A DNA stretch of 64,000 bases from Planctomycetota bacterium (lineage in GTDB: Bacteria; Planctomycetota; B15-G4; SIAN01): assembly GCA_031409275.1 (NCBI GenBank), contig JANNXA010000055.1, forward strand, positions 466,024-530,023, written 5' to 3'. The notes below the pieces were generated by a model. It saw only the letters and a list, made by a program, of their open reading frames with translations. It did no database searches and had not been told where the DNA came from. Each line of letters starts with the position of its first letter. The stretch's first letter is position 1. Positions 37,774 to 46,548 of the stretch are shown one piece after another. Position numbers and translations under genes: made by a program.

Positions 37774-38265
37774 GTGCCTCGCCCCTCGAAGCGCTCCGCC
37801 TCATCCCCTGCGGCTCCTGCCTCGAACGGCGCGCGCCACGGCCGCAGTGGCTGTTTCGGCTGCGACCCGCGCGTCGCAGGCGGCCTCGCCCTGCGCTTTC
37901 GAGCGCAAGTGGATCAGCCGGCCGGCAGCGTGGTCGCGGCTTGCCGCTTGAGCCGCCGTTTCATGGGACCGCCGGGCTACGCCCATGGCGGCGTGATCTC
38001 GGCGCTGCTCGATGAGGCGATGGCCAAAGTGACGGCGTCGCTGGGCGTCATGGCGTTCACGAGCCGCCTCGAAGTGAAGTTCCTGCGGCCGGTGCCGCTG
38101 GGAGTCGCGCTGGTCGTGCGTGGCTGGCCACGCTGGCGCCGAGGACGGGTGCTGGCGCATGCGGCGGCGATCGAGGACGCCACCGGTCGCTGCCTCGCGA
38201 CGGCGACCGCGCGCTTCGTCGAGCCGCGCGAGCCGTTGAGCAGCGCCGTCCGGACCCGCCGATGA
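37774..38265 (+). CDS. PaaI-family thioesterase
   Basis: CFGC, GPPGYAHGGVISALLDEAM, FLRPVP. Start uncertain. Confidence 0.88.
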   Translation: MPRPSKRSASSPAAPASNGARHGRSGCFGCDPRVAGGLALRFRAQVDQPAGSVVAACRLSRRFMGPPGYAHGGVISALLDEAMAKVTASLGVMAFTSRLEVKFLRPVPLGVALVVRGWPRWRRGRVLAHAAAIEDATGRCLATATARFVEPREPLSSAVRTRR

Positions 38266-39545
38266 GCGGCACCACGATCGCCGCGCTGCTCATCTTCGCC
38301 GTGACCTACGTCCTCGCCTCGATGCGACGGGTGCCGTTCTTCAACCTCGATCGGCCGGGCGTCGCACTGCTCGGCGCGGTCGCGATGGTGGTGAGCGGCG
38401 CGCTGCCGCTCGACGAGGCCTACCAGGCGATCAACCTCGACACGCTGGCGCTGCTGCTCGGAATGATGGTGCTCATCGCCTACCTGCGCCTCGCCCGCTT
38501 CTTCGAGGCGCTCGCGGCCGCGATCGTCCGTGTCGCGAAGACGCCGCGTCAGCTGCTGGTCGGCCTCGTCTTCGCTGCCGGCATCCTCTCCGCGCTCTTC
38601 GTGAACGACACGATCTGCCTGCTCTTCACGCCGATCCTGTTGGCGGCGACACGCAGCGCCGGCCTGCCCCCGATTCCCTACCTGCTGGCGTTGTGCACCG
38701 CGGCAAACATCGGCAGCGTCGCCACGCTGACCGGGAACCCGCAGAACATGCTGATCGGCATCTTCAGCGGCATCAGCTACGGTCGCTTCCTCGCGGTGCA
38801 GCTGCCCGTGGCGCTCTTGTCGCTGCTGATCCTGGCGCTCTCGTTGTTGTTCCTGTTCCGCCGCGAACTGCCGGCGCACTACCCACGCGCCGCGGACTCG
38901 AGTCGCCGCGTCCATCGCCCCCTGGTGCGCCGCCTGCTCGCGGTGGTCGCGTTGGTGCTGGCGGGATTCCTGCTGCCGATCGAGCGGCTGGTGCCGGGCC
39001 TCTCCGCCGGCCAGAAGCTGCCGCTGGTGGCGCTCTTCGGCGCGCTGCTGGCGATGCTGGTCGGCCGCTACCGGCCCGCGCGCGCATTCGTCCATGTCGA
39101 CTTCGGGCTGCTGCTCTTCTTCGCCGGCCTCTTCGTTGTAGTGGCCGGCCTCGCGCGCACCGGACTGCTCGATCAGTTCCACGCCGCGCTCGCGCCACGG
39201 ATGAGCGGCAGCCTCGGGCGCGAGGTGACGCTCTTCTCGGGCCTGACCGTGGTCGGCAGCAACCTGGTCTCGAACGTCCCATTCGTGCTGGTCGCGCGCG
39301 ATTGGATCGGTGCCTTCGCGCGGCCCGAGCTGATGTGGTTGGTGCTGGCGACCGCCTCGACCTTCGCGGGCAACCTGACGCTGGTGGGGTCGGTGGCGAA
39401 CCTGATCGTCGCCGAGCAGGCGCGCGACGTCGCTCCGATCGGCTTCCTCGCCTACCTGCGCGTCGGCTTGCCGGTGACGCTGATCACCACGACCTTCGCC
39501 ATCGCGCTGCTCACCGCCATCGCGACCTCGACCCGGTGGATCTGA
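38262..39545 (+). CDS. ArsB/NhaD/CitM-superfamily anion permease
   Basis: SALFVNDT, ANIGSVATLTGNPQN, SNLVSNVP, GNLTLVGSVANLIV. Confidence 0.9.
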   Translation: MSGTTIAALLIFAVTYVLASMRRVPFFNLDRPGVALLGAVAMVVSGALPLDEAYQAINLDTLALLLGMMVLIAYLRLARFFEALAAAIVRVAKTPRQLLVGLVFAAGILSALFVNDTICLLFTPILLAATRSAGLPPIPYLLALCTAANIGSVATLTGNPQNMLIGIFSGISYGRFLAVQLPVALLSLLILALSLLFLFRRELPAHYPRAADSSRRVHRPLVRRLLAVVALVLAGFLLPIERLVPGLSAGQKLPLVALFGALLAMLVGRYRPARAFVHVDFGLLLFFAGLFVVVAGLARTGLLDQFHAALAPRMSGSLGREVTLFSGLTVVGSNLVSNVPFVLVARDWIGAFARPELMWLVLATASTFAGNLTLVGSVANLIVAEQARDVAPIGFLAYLRVGLPVTLITTTFAIALLTAIATSTRWI

Positions 39546-39562
39546 CCGCTCTCTGGCGGCCG

Positions 39563-40327
39563 CTACTTCTTGCGCGCGCGGTCGAGGAACTCCCCCATCC
39601 GGCGCATCTTCTCCTCCGACTCGAACAGCACCGCCTGCGCCATCGCCTCGCCGATGTAGCCGGCGCCGGGTCGCGCGGAGCCATCGAGGCGAAACAGCAG
39701 CTTGGCGAAGCGCACCGCGAGGCGGTCCTGCTTCAGGATGTCGGCGCAGAGCTGCCGCCCCGCCGCCACGACTTCAGCGTCGGGGTAGACATGGTTCACG
39801 AGGCCGATCTTCAGTGCCTCCGCAGCATCGAGGATGCGGCCCGTGAAGATGAGCTCGCGAGCCTTGGCGGCGCCGACGACGCGCGGCAGCCGATAGGTCG
39901 CGCCGGCCCCCGGCACGATGCCGAGCGAGACTTCGGGCTGGCCGAACTTCGCCGTATCGCCGGCGACCCGCAGATCGCAGGCGAGCGCGAGTTCGCTGCC
40001 GCCGCCGAGGCAGAAGCCGCGGATGGCGGCGACGGTCGGATAGGGCGTTTCCTCGAGCCGCTGGAACAGGCGCGAGTTGATCGACTGCAGCGCCTCGCGC
40101 CGCCGCCGATCGCGCAACTGCGCGATGTCGGCCCCTGCCGCGAACGCCTTGTCGCCGGCGCCGGTCAGCAGCATCGCGCCCACGGTGTCGTCCTCGGCCA
40201 GCGCGTCGAGGACGCCGTGCAGCGCGTCGATCATCGCCTTGTCGAGAGCGTTGCGCCGCTCGGGACGATTCAGGGTGACGACGGCGAGCGCGCCATCGCG
40301 TTCCAGCTTGACCACCGGCTCTTCCAC
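39563..40327 (-). CDS. Enoyl-CoA hydratase/isomerase
   Basis: LNRPERRNAL, AFAAGADI, LGGGSELALACD, FGQPEVSLG. Confidence 0.93.
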   Translation of the reverse strand: MEEPVVKLERDGALAVVTLNRPERRNALDKAMIDALHGVLDALAEDDTVGAMLLTGAGDKAFAAGADIAQLRDRRRREALQSINSRLFQRLEETPYPTVAAIRGFCLGGGSELALACDLRVAGDTAKFGQPEVSLGIVPGAGATYRLPRVVGAAKARELIFTGRILDAAEALKIGLVNHVYPDAEVVAAGRQLCADILKQDRLAVRFAKLLFRLDGSARPGAGYIGEAMAQAVLFESEEKMRRMGEFLDRARKK

Positions 40328-40387
40328 GATTCGCTCCTCTTCGCGCTGCTCAACGTTGCTGCAGAGTCACCATCCCGAACGTCGGGA

Positions 40388-41416
40388 TCAGAACACCAGG
40401 ACGACCTTCCCGTTCACGCGCCGCTCTTCGAGGAGGCGGTGGCCGGTCGCGACCTCCGCCATCGGGAGGACGCGATCCACCACCGGTCGGAACGTCCCGC
40501 GCTCGAAATGGGCGAGCACCTTGTGCAGCTCGCCGAGGCTGCCCATGGTCGAGCCGAGGATCGAGAGGCTCTTGAAGAAGATCAGGCGCACGTCGGTCTT
40601 CAGTTCCCCTCCGCTCGTGCCGCCGCACGTCACGAGGCGCCCGCCTTTGGCGAGGCAGCGCAGGCTGGCATCGAGCGTCTCCTGGCCGACGTGGTCGATC
40701 ACCACATCGACCCCGCGCTTGGCGGTGACCTGGCGAACCTCTTCGGCGAATGACTTCTGCCCGTAGTCGATCGTCTCGTGCGCTCCGAGTTCACGCGCAC
40801 GCGCGAGCTTCTCGGCGCCGCGCGCGGTGGCGACGATGCGCGCGCCGATCAGCCTGGCGATCTGGATCGCAGCGACCGAGACGCCGGATCCAGCGGCATG
40901 GATGAGGATCGTCTCGTGCGGCTCGAGCCGCGCGCGCTCCACCACCATGTGCCAAGCCGTGAGGAAGGTCAGCGCGATGCTCGCCGCCTCCGGGAACGAC
41001 AGCGCCAGCGGCTTGCGCAGGAGGTTGCGCGCGGGGGCCACCAGGAACTCGGCGCAGGCGCCGTCGCGGCTCTCACCGAAGATGCCGTAGTGACGGCAGA
41101 GGTGATCGGCGCCCGCGGAGCAGCGAGCGCATGCACCGCAGCCGATTCCAGGCGCGAGCAGCACCTGATCGCCGGGCTGCAGCGTGGTGACGCCGGGTCC
41201 CACCGCGTCGATCACGCCGGAGGCGTCGCATCCGGGGATGATCGGCAGCGGAAACTTGACGCCGGCGATGCCGCGTCGCACCCACGTGTCGAGGTGGTTC
41301 AGCCCGACCGCCTTGACGGCGAGGCGCGCTTCGCCGGGCCCGGGAATGGGAAGCTCGCGCTCTTCGAAGCGGAGCTGATCGAACGCGCCGTGTTCACGGA
41401 TGGTGACGCAATGCAT
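40388..41416 (-). CDS. Zinc-binding (MDR) alcohol dehydrogenase / quinone oxidoreductase
   Basis: LNHLD, CGACARC..C structural Zn site, HAAGSGV, GSTMG. Confidence 0.92.
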   Translation of the reverse strand: MHCVTIREHGAFDQLRFEERELPIPGPGEARLAVKAVGLNHLDTWVRRGIAGVKFPLPIIPGCDASGVIDAVGPGVTTLQPGDQVLLAPGIGCGACARCSAGADHLCRHYGIFGESRDGACAEFLVAPARNLLRKPLALSFPEAASIALTFLTAWHMVVERARLEPHETILIHAAGSGVSVAAIQIARLIGARIVATARGAEKLARARELGAHETIDYGQKSFAEEVRQVTAKRGVDVVIDHVGQETLDASLRCLAKGGRLVTCGGTSGGELKTDVRLIFFKSLSILGSTMGSLGELHKVLAHFERGTFRPVVDRVLPMAEVATGHRLLEERRVNGKVVLVF

Positions 41417-41560
41417 GGCGCGACCATAGCAGCCCGTCTGGAGCGTCCGCGCGATCCCGTCAAAGCCGAGCCCCCCGCGTCGTCCGGCACCAGCCTCCCG
41501 TCGCCTCGCGACGGGGATCAGGAACCAGACGGGCTAATGTCGCGCGGCGAGGTCGCGCCG

Positions 41561-42586
41561 ATGAACCAGCCCGTCGACGAACGCTTCAGCCGCCAGCTCC
41601 GCTTCGCGCCGTTTGGCGCGGCGGGCCAGGCGCGGGCGCAATCGGCGACAGTGGCCGTGGTCGGGCTCGGCGGGCTCGGCAGCTGGATCGCCGAGCACCT
41701 CGCGCGCGCCGGAGTCGGCACGCTGCGCCTCATCGACCGCGATCTCGTCGAGACCAGCAATCTGCCCCGCCAGGGCCTCTATGGTGAAGAGGATGCGCGC
41801 CGCGGGACGCCCAAGGCCGAGGCCGCCGCGCAGCGCCTCGCCGCGATCGGCGGCCCGACGCGGCTCGAGCCGCACGTGGCCGAACTCACGCGCCGTTCGA
41901 TCGACGCGCTCCTCGGCGGCTGCGACCTCGTGCTCGATGGGCTCGACCACTTCGCCGGCCGCTTCCTCCTGAACGACTGGTGCCGCAAGAACGGCGTCAC
42001 GTGGATCTACGGCGGTGCCGTCGGCGGCGCCGGAAGCGTGTTGCGCATCGACGCGGACCAGGGCCCGTGCCTGCGTTGCCTCTTCCCGGCCGCTTCAAAT
42101 GCCGTCGGTGGCGAGACGTGCGACACGGTCGGCGTCCTCTCGCCGCTGCCGGCGCTGATCGCGGCGCTCCAGAGCAGCGAAGCGCTGCGCTTCCTCGCCG
42201 GCGATCGACGACCCGCGAAGCTCTGGCACATCGAGCCGTGGGAAGGGCGTACCCTCGCGCTCAAGCCGGGCGCACCCGCCGCCGACTGCCCGGTGTGCAG
42301 CCGTCGTGAGTGGCCCGCACTCGACCTGCAGCTCGACGCCGAGGAGACGAAGCTCTGCGGTCGCGACACGGTGCAGGTGGCGCCAACGAGCGGCGTGGCG
42401 CTGGACCTCACGCAGGTGGCGAAGCGCTGGCAGGGACTCGGCGCAGTCGAGCAGAGCCGCTTCCTGGTGCGTCTGCGCCTCGACGGGCTCGTGGTCACGC
42501 TGTTTCGAGATGGCCGCGCGTTGGTGCAAGGAACCGAGTCGCTGGAGCGCGCACGCGCCCTCTACGAGCGGCTGGTGGGTCGCTGA
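41561..42586 (+). CDS. ThiF/MoeB-family adenylyltransferase
   Basis: RFSRQ, VGLGGLG, DRDLVETSNLPRQ, CLRC, TCDTVG, CPVC, LCGRD. Confidence 0.92.
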   Translation: MNQPVDERFSRQLRFAPFGAAGQARAQSATVAVVGLGGLGSWIAEHLARAGVGTLRLIDRDLVETSNLPRQGLYGEEDARRGTPKAEAAAQRLAAIGGPTRLEPHVAELTRRSIDALLGGCDLVLDGLDHFAGRFLLNDWCRKNGVTWIYGGAVGGAGSVLRIDADQGPCLRCLFPAASNAVGGETCDTVGVLSPLPALIAALQSSEALRFLAGDRRPAKLWHIEPWEGRTLALKPGAPAADCPVCSRREWPALDLQLDAEETKLCGRDTVQVAPTSGVALDLTQVAKRWQGLGAVEQSRFLVRLRLDGLVVTLFRDGRALVQGTESLERARALYERLVGR

Positions 42587-42609
42587 CCGCAGCGCCGGCA
42601 CCGCGGCAT

Positions 42610-42655
42610 GAAACGGAAACTCCCCGCAGAAGGTGCATGACCATCTGCGGGGAGT
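42610..42655 (-). terminator. Intrinsic terminator of the large surface-protein gene
   Basis: 12-bp perfect stem ACTCCCCGCAGA/TCTGCGGGGAGT followed on the minus strand by TTCCGTTTC. Confidence 0.75.
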
Positions 42656-42707
42656 CGAGTGTTGCTGCTGCCGGACCGCGCGCGACGGCGAGCCGCCGCG
42701 CGAAGAC

Positions 42708-45482
42708 TCACTCCACGTCGACGTGATAGATCTGCAGGAATCCGGTGAAGCGGCCGCCCGAAAGCGCCGTCGTACCGACCTCATGCGTCCCGTCGTCGAA
42801 GTCGTAGTTCGCCGAGCCGTTGAGCGAGAAGTAATAGAACTCCGCGTCCGACGCGTTGTCGGTGCCGGTGTCGCCGATGGCGACGATCAAGCCCGGCGGC
42901 GCCGCGCCGCCCGTGTCGCTCGACGTCGCCGCGCGGACCCAGTCCATGGCCGAGATTGTCACCGTGGAGGTGAACACCGAGGCCGTGTCGCTGAGCGTGT
43001 CGCGGAAGAAGAAGAGCAGATCCTGGTACTGGTAGTCCGCGAGGTTCGAGGTCGAACGCGTCCACGCCCAAGTCATGCCCAGCGACACCGGGCTACCCGT
43101 CAGCGATTCGACGTTCTGCGCGACACCGGGGCTCTCGGCCGTGATCTGGATCGCAGCGGTCGGGAAGTTGGCGTCGAAGACCCAGATGTGCTGCGACGCG
43201 GGCGTCACGCCGTTGATCGCCGCGGAGAAGACGCAGAGCGACGGATAGAGCCCGCCCGCGTACGAGAGGTGCCAGCTGAAGTTGTCGTTGACGCCGGACG
43301 GGTTCGAGGTGTCCGACGTCGTGCCGCCGGCGAATTCGTTCCCCGTGACGTTGAACGCCTTCAAGGTCACCGTGTCGACGCCGACCAGGTTGGTCTTCGT
43401 ACTGGCCGCGGTCAGTGCGCGCGCGAAGTAGTAGTAGCGGCCGTTGGGCGACAGGAAGAAGCCTTCCGGAAGGATCGTTCCGGCCGTGGTGTACGGAGCC
43501 ACGAGCGTCGGGCGAGTGATGTTGCTGAGCAGCCCCGTCGACGGCCGGAAATGGAACAGGTCCATCGTCCGATCGGTCGCCGAAGTGTCCAACCCGTAGA
43601 AGAAGTAGAGGTTGTCGGCGTCGTGGAAGTAGAGGTCGATGGCGTCGTCGAGCGTGTTGCTCAGGCTTGCGCTGGCCATGCGCGAATTGATGGTGATCTG
43701 GCCGTCGACGAAGAGCGTGTCGCCCGCGTCGTCACCTTCCCCGTTGCCGTCCGCATCGGCGGTGCTGCAGACGTAGACCTCGTCGTCCTCGCCTCCGGTC
43801 GTTCCGTTCTCTTCGCTGTGGATCGAGACGAACGCGAGCTTGGAGCCGTCGGGAGTGAGCGACGCCTGGCCCGTCGCGCCGTTGTAAGCCTCGCCGGGCA
43901 CGACCATCTTCGGGGCGGTACCGGTCAGCACCGGATAGAGCCGGAACTTCGTGAGGTTCACGGCGACGGTTGGAGCCGACTCGTAGACGGCGTACCAATC
44001 GCCCTTCTGGACGTGATCGGGGACCTGGCCCGAGACGGCCACGAAGCTGTCGCCTGCGAGGAAAACGACCAACGCGGCGTCTTCGCTCGGTCGCAGGAAG
44101 GAGCGATCGGCAACGATGTCGACCTTCGCCGCGGCCGTGGTCGTGGCATATCCGGTATTGACCGGGATCGAGATGAGTTGCGGCGTCGGATTCACCGCAC
44201 GAATGTCGACGCTGAAGACCGTCTGGTCGAAGCGTCCGTCAGAGTCACCGTCCACCGCGACGTCGCGCGTGAACCAGAGGCGGTTGTCCGTGAAGATCGC
44301 CGCGCGCAGCGACGACGCAGATGCCGCCGCCTGGCTGAAGTTCTTGGTTCCCGAAGGCGTGACGTCGAGGAATCCGGTGGGACCGCCGCCCGAATTCCAG
44401 GGCTGGCTGCCATCCGTCGTGAAGATGAAGAGCTTCGGATCGCTGGCGGTGTCGTCGTAGATGCCGGCCGCCACGATGCCATCGGGGCTGACGAGGATCG
44501 AGCCCTTCCACTGGTTTGTCGTGGCGGCGGAGAGGTCCTTCTTGCGACTGCCGGTAACGGCGAAGACGTCGACGCCCGGGGTGTTGGGGTTGGCACCCTT
44601 GTTGATGACGAGGAAGAACCCTTCGCCCGTGACGTTGTCGAAGCAGCGCAGCAGCTCGCGCTGCGGAACGCCGCCCGACGCCGCTGGCAGCAGAATGCGC
44701 GGATACTCGTTGTTGTCGTTGTTCAGCGCGGGGCCGAACGTGGCATCACGGAAGTCGACCTCGCGCGGCTTGTCAGCGGCAGTTCCCGACTGATGCGTGG
44801 CCCACTCGTTGATGTCGGCCATCGAGATGCCGTCAGGAATGATGTTCGAGAGGCCGGACACCGCGGTGAACGTCGCACCGTTCGGATTGCCGCCGCTGAA
44901 CTGGAGAACGCCGAACTGAACCGCGTTCACACCGACGGCGCTCTGCGACACGACCGCGCGCGCGGCGGCACCCGGCGCAACGAAGTTCACCTCGACCGCG
45001 TTCGTGAAGTCGGTCGAGGTTCCCGACGACTCGAGCGCCACGGCCTGCAGGTAGATCGTTCCGGTCAGCGCCGATGGAATCCGGAAGTTGAGCGTCACGT
45101 TGCCGGAAACATCGAGGCGAAGGCGCGGATTGGGGCTGCGATCGGGCGAGATGTCGAGCGGCGGATAGTCCGCCTCGACGATGCTGGTCGCGACGCCCGT
45201 CACCAACGGGAACGGCTTCTTGTTGGTGCCGCTGTTCTCGTCGAGGAACCAGCCGGTCCCCGCCGCGTTGTTCGCGGTCGCCGCGAACAGCCCATACGGG
45301 CGTCCGGCCAGCGACGGATTCGAGATCGTCACCGACATCGTCGTGCCGCTCGGCACGTCGAGCGTCGACGAGTTGTCACTCGCCGTCGTCCCGTTGATGG
45401 TGAGTGTCGAATTCTGGGCGACCGCTGCTCCAGGCAGCGCCACGCAGGCGAAGGCGGCGGCGACCGCGCACAGGGGCTTCAA
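42708..45482 (-). CDS. Large secreted Ser/Thr/Asp-rich surface protein (~925 aa) with beta-propeller-like repeats
   Basis: TTG start after AAGGAG, signal peptide (..GAAVA-Q), SPDG/TPDG/SPNG blades, DxDxDG loops. Confidence 0.8.
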   Translation of the reverse strand: MKPLCAVAAAFACVALPGAAVAQNSTLTINGTTASDNSSTLDVPSGTTMSVTISNPSLAGRPYGLFAATANNAAGTGWFLDENSGTNKKPFPLVTGVATSIVEADYPPLDISPDRSPNPRLRLDVSGNVTLNFRIPSALTGTIYLQAVALESSGTSTDFTNAVEVNFVAPGAAARAVVSQSAVGVNAVQFGVLQFSGGNPNGATFTAVSGLSNIIPDGISMADINEWATHQSGTAADKPREVDFRDATFGPALNNDNNEYPRILLPAASGGVPQRELLRCFDNVTGEGFFLVINKGANPNTPGVDVFAVTGSRKKDLSAATTNQWKGSILVSPDGIVAAGIYDDTASDPKLFIFTTDGSQPWNSGGGPTGFLDVTPSGTKNFSQAAASASSLRAAIFTDNRLWFTRDVAVDGDSDGRFDQTVFSVDIRAVNPTPQLISIPVNTGYATTTAAAKVDIVADRSFLRPSEDAALVVFLAGDSFVAVSGQVPDHVQKGDWYAVYESAPTVAVNLTKFRLYPVLTGTAPKMVVPGEAYNGATGQASLTPDGSKLAFVSIHSEENGTTGGEDDEVYVCSTADADGNGEGDDAGDTLFVDGQITINSRMASASLSNTLDDAIDLYFHDADNLYFFYGLDTSATDRTMDLFHFRPSTGLLSNITRPTLVAPYTTAGTILPEGFFLSPNGRYYYFARALTAASTKTNLVGVDTVTLKAFNVTGNEFAGGTTSDTSNPSGVNDNFSWHLSYAGGLYPSLCVFSAAINGVTPASQHIWVFDANFPTAAIQITAESPGVAQNVESLTGSPVSLGMTWAWTRSTSNLADYQYQDLLFFFRDTLSDTASVFTSTVTISAMDWVRAATSSDTGGAAPPGLIVAIGDTGTDNASDAEFYYFSLNGSANYDFDDGTHEVGTTALSGGRFTGFLQIYHVDVE

Positions 45483-45563
45483 GATGCTCTCCTTTGCTCG
45501 CTCGGACTGCTTCGAGGACCGAAGCACGGGTTCGTGTTCAGCGCTGAACGGGAAAACCGCGGG

Positions 45564-45572
45564 AGGATAGCA
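45564..45572 (-). promoter_or_regulatory. Extended -10 promoter (TGcTATCCT)
   Basis: About 80 nt upstream of the TTG start. Confidence 0.45.
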
Positions 45573-45696
45573 ACCGCTCCCACCGGAGGTCACGGGGGAG
45601 CCGCGCCATCGCGGCCGCAAATCGGCCGAGTTGACCGGGCGTCGACGGCGTCACTGCAAGCGCTGCGCCAGCCCGCCGCCCTGCCCGTCCCGGGGC

Positions 45697-46548
45697 TCAC
45701 CGCCCCTCCACCATCGGCGCGCCCCACTTCAGGCGCTCGCGGATCGTGCGGAAGCGCGTGCGCGTGACGACCGTCGCGGCGCGCAAATCGGCGGCGGCCT
45801 CGACGACTTCGACGACGCTGCCCTCGTCGAGCGCCACCGTCTCCTGGCCGTCGATGGTCAGCGCCGTCCCGTGACGAGCGCGGTGGACCAGCAGCTCGAT
45901 GCGCCTGCTGCTGCGCAGCACCAGGGGTCGGTAGGTCAGCGCCTGCGAGTTGACCGGCGTCACCAGCAGGCAGCGGTCGGTGCGGTCGATGATCGGTCCG
46001 CCCGCCGCCATCGAGTGGGCGGTCGAGCCGACCGGCGTCGCCAAGATCATCCCGTCGCCGCGGAAGCGGGTGATGTCCTCGTCGTCGATCCGCAGCGTGA
46101 ACTCGACGAGGCGCGCGACCGTCGCTGCGGTCACCACCACCTCGTTCAGTGCCGGCGCGAACTCGCGCACGCGCCCGCGCGGCCCACGCACCCGCACCTG
46201 CAAGCGCATCCAGTTCTCGACCGCCCCTTGCCCCTCGACTAGTCGGGTGAGTCCTTCGTCCCAGTCCCCTGGCTCGAGTTCCGCCAGGTAGCCGAAGGTG
46301 CCGAGGCGAACGCCGACCAGCGGTACCTCCGCGCGGCCGATCGCGCGCGCGGCACGCAAGAAGGTCCCGTCGCCACCGAGCACGATGGCGAGGTCGGACG
46401 GCGCAACCTTGCGCACGCCGCGTTGCAGATCGACGCGCTTGACCGCGATCGATCGCCCCGCGAGCCACTTGGCGATACGCGCCGCCTCGGCGCGCGCGCG
46501 TGGATCGCGTCCATCAACCAGCAGCAGTGCCGAAGAAGGCAGTTTCAC
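45697..46548 (-). CDS. nadK: NAD+ kinase
   Basis: LGGDGTFL, GTFGYL, ALNE, GDGMILATPVGSTAHSMAAGGP. Confidence 0.94.
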   Translation of the reverse strand: MKLPSSALLLVDGRDPRARAEAARIAKWLAGRSIAVKRVDLQRGVRKVAPSDLAIVLGGDGTFLRAARAIGRAEVPLVGVRLGTFGYLAELEPGDWDEGLTRLVEGQGAVENWMRLQVRVRGPRGRVREFAPALNEVVVTAATVARLVEFTLRIDDEDITRFRGDGMILATPVGSTAHSMAAGGPIIDRTDRCLLVTPVNSQALTYRPLVLRSSRRIELLVHRARHGTALTIDGQETVALDEGSVVEVVEAAADLRAATVVTRTRFRTIRERLKWGAPMVEGR

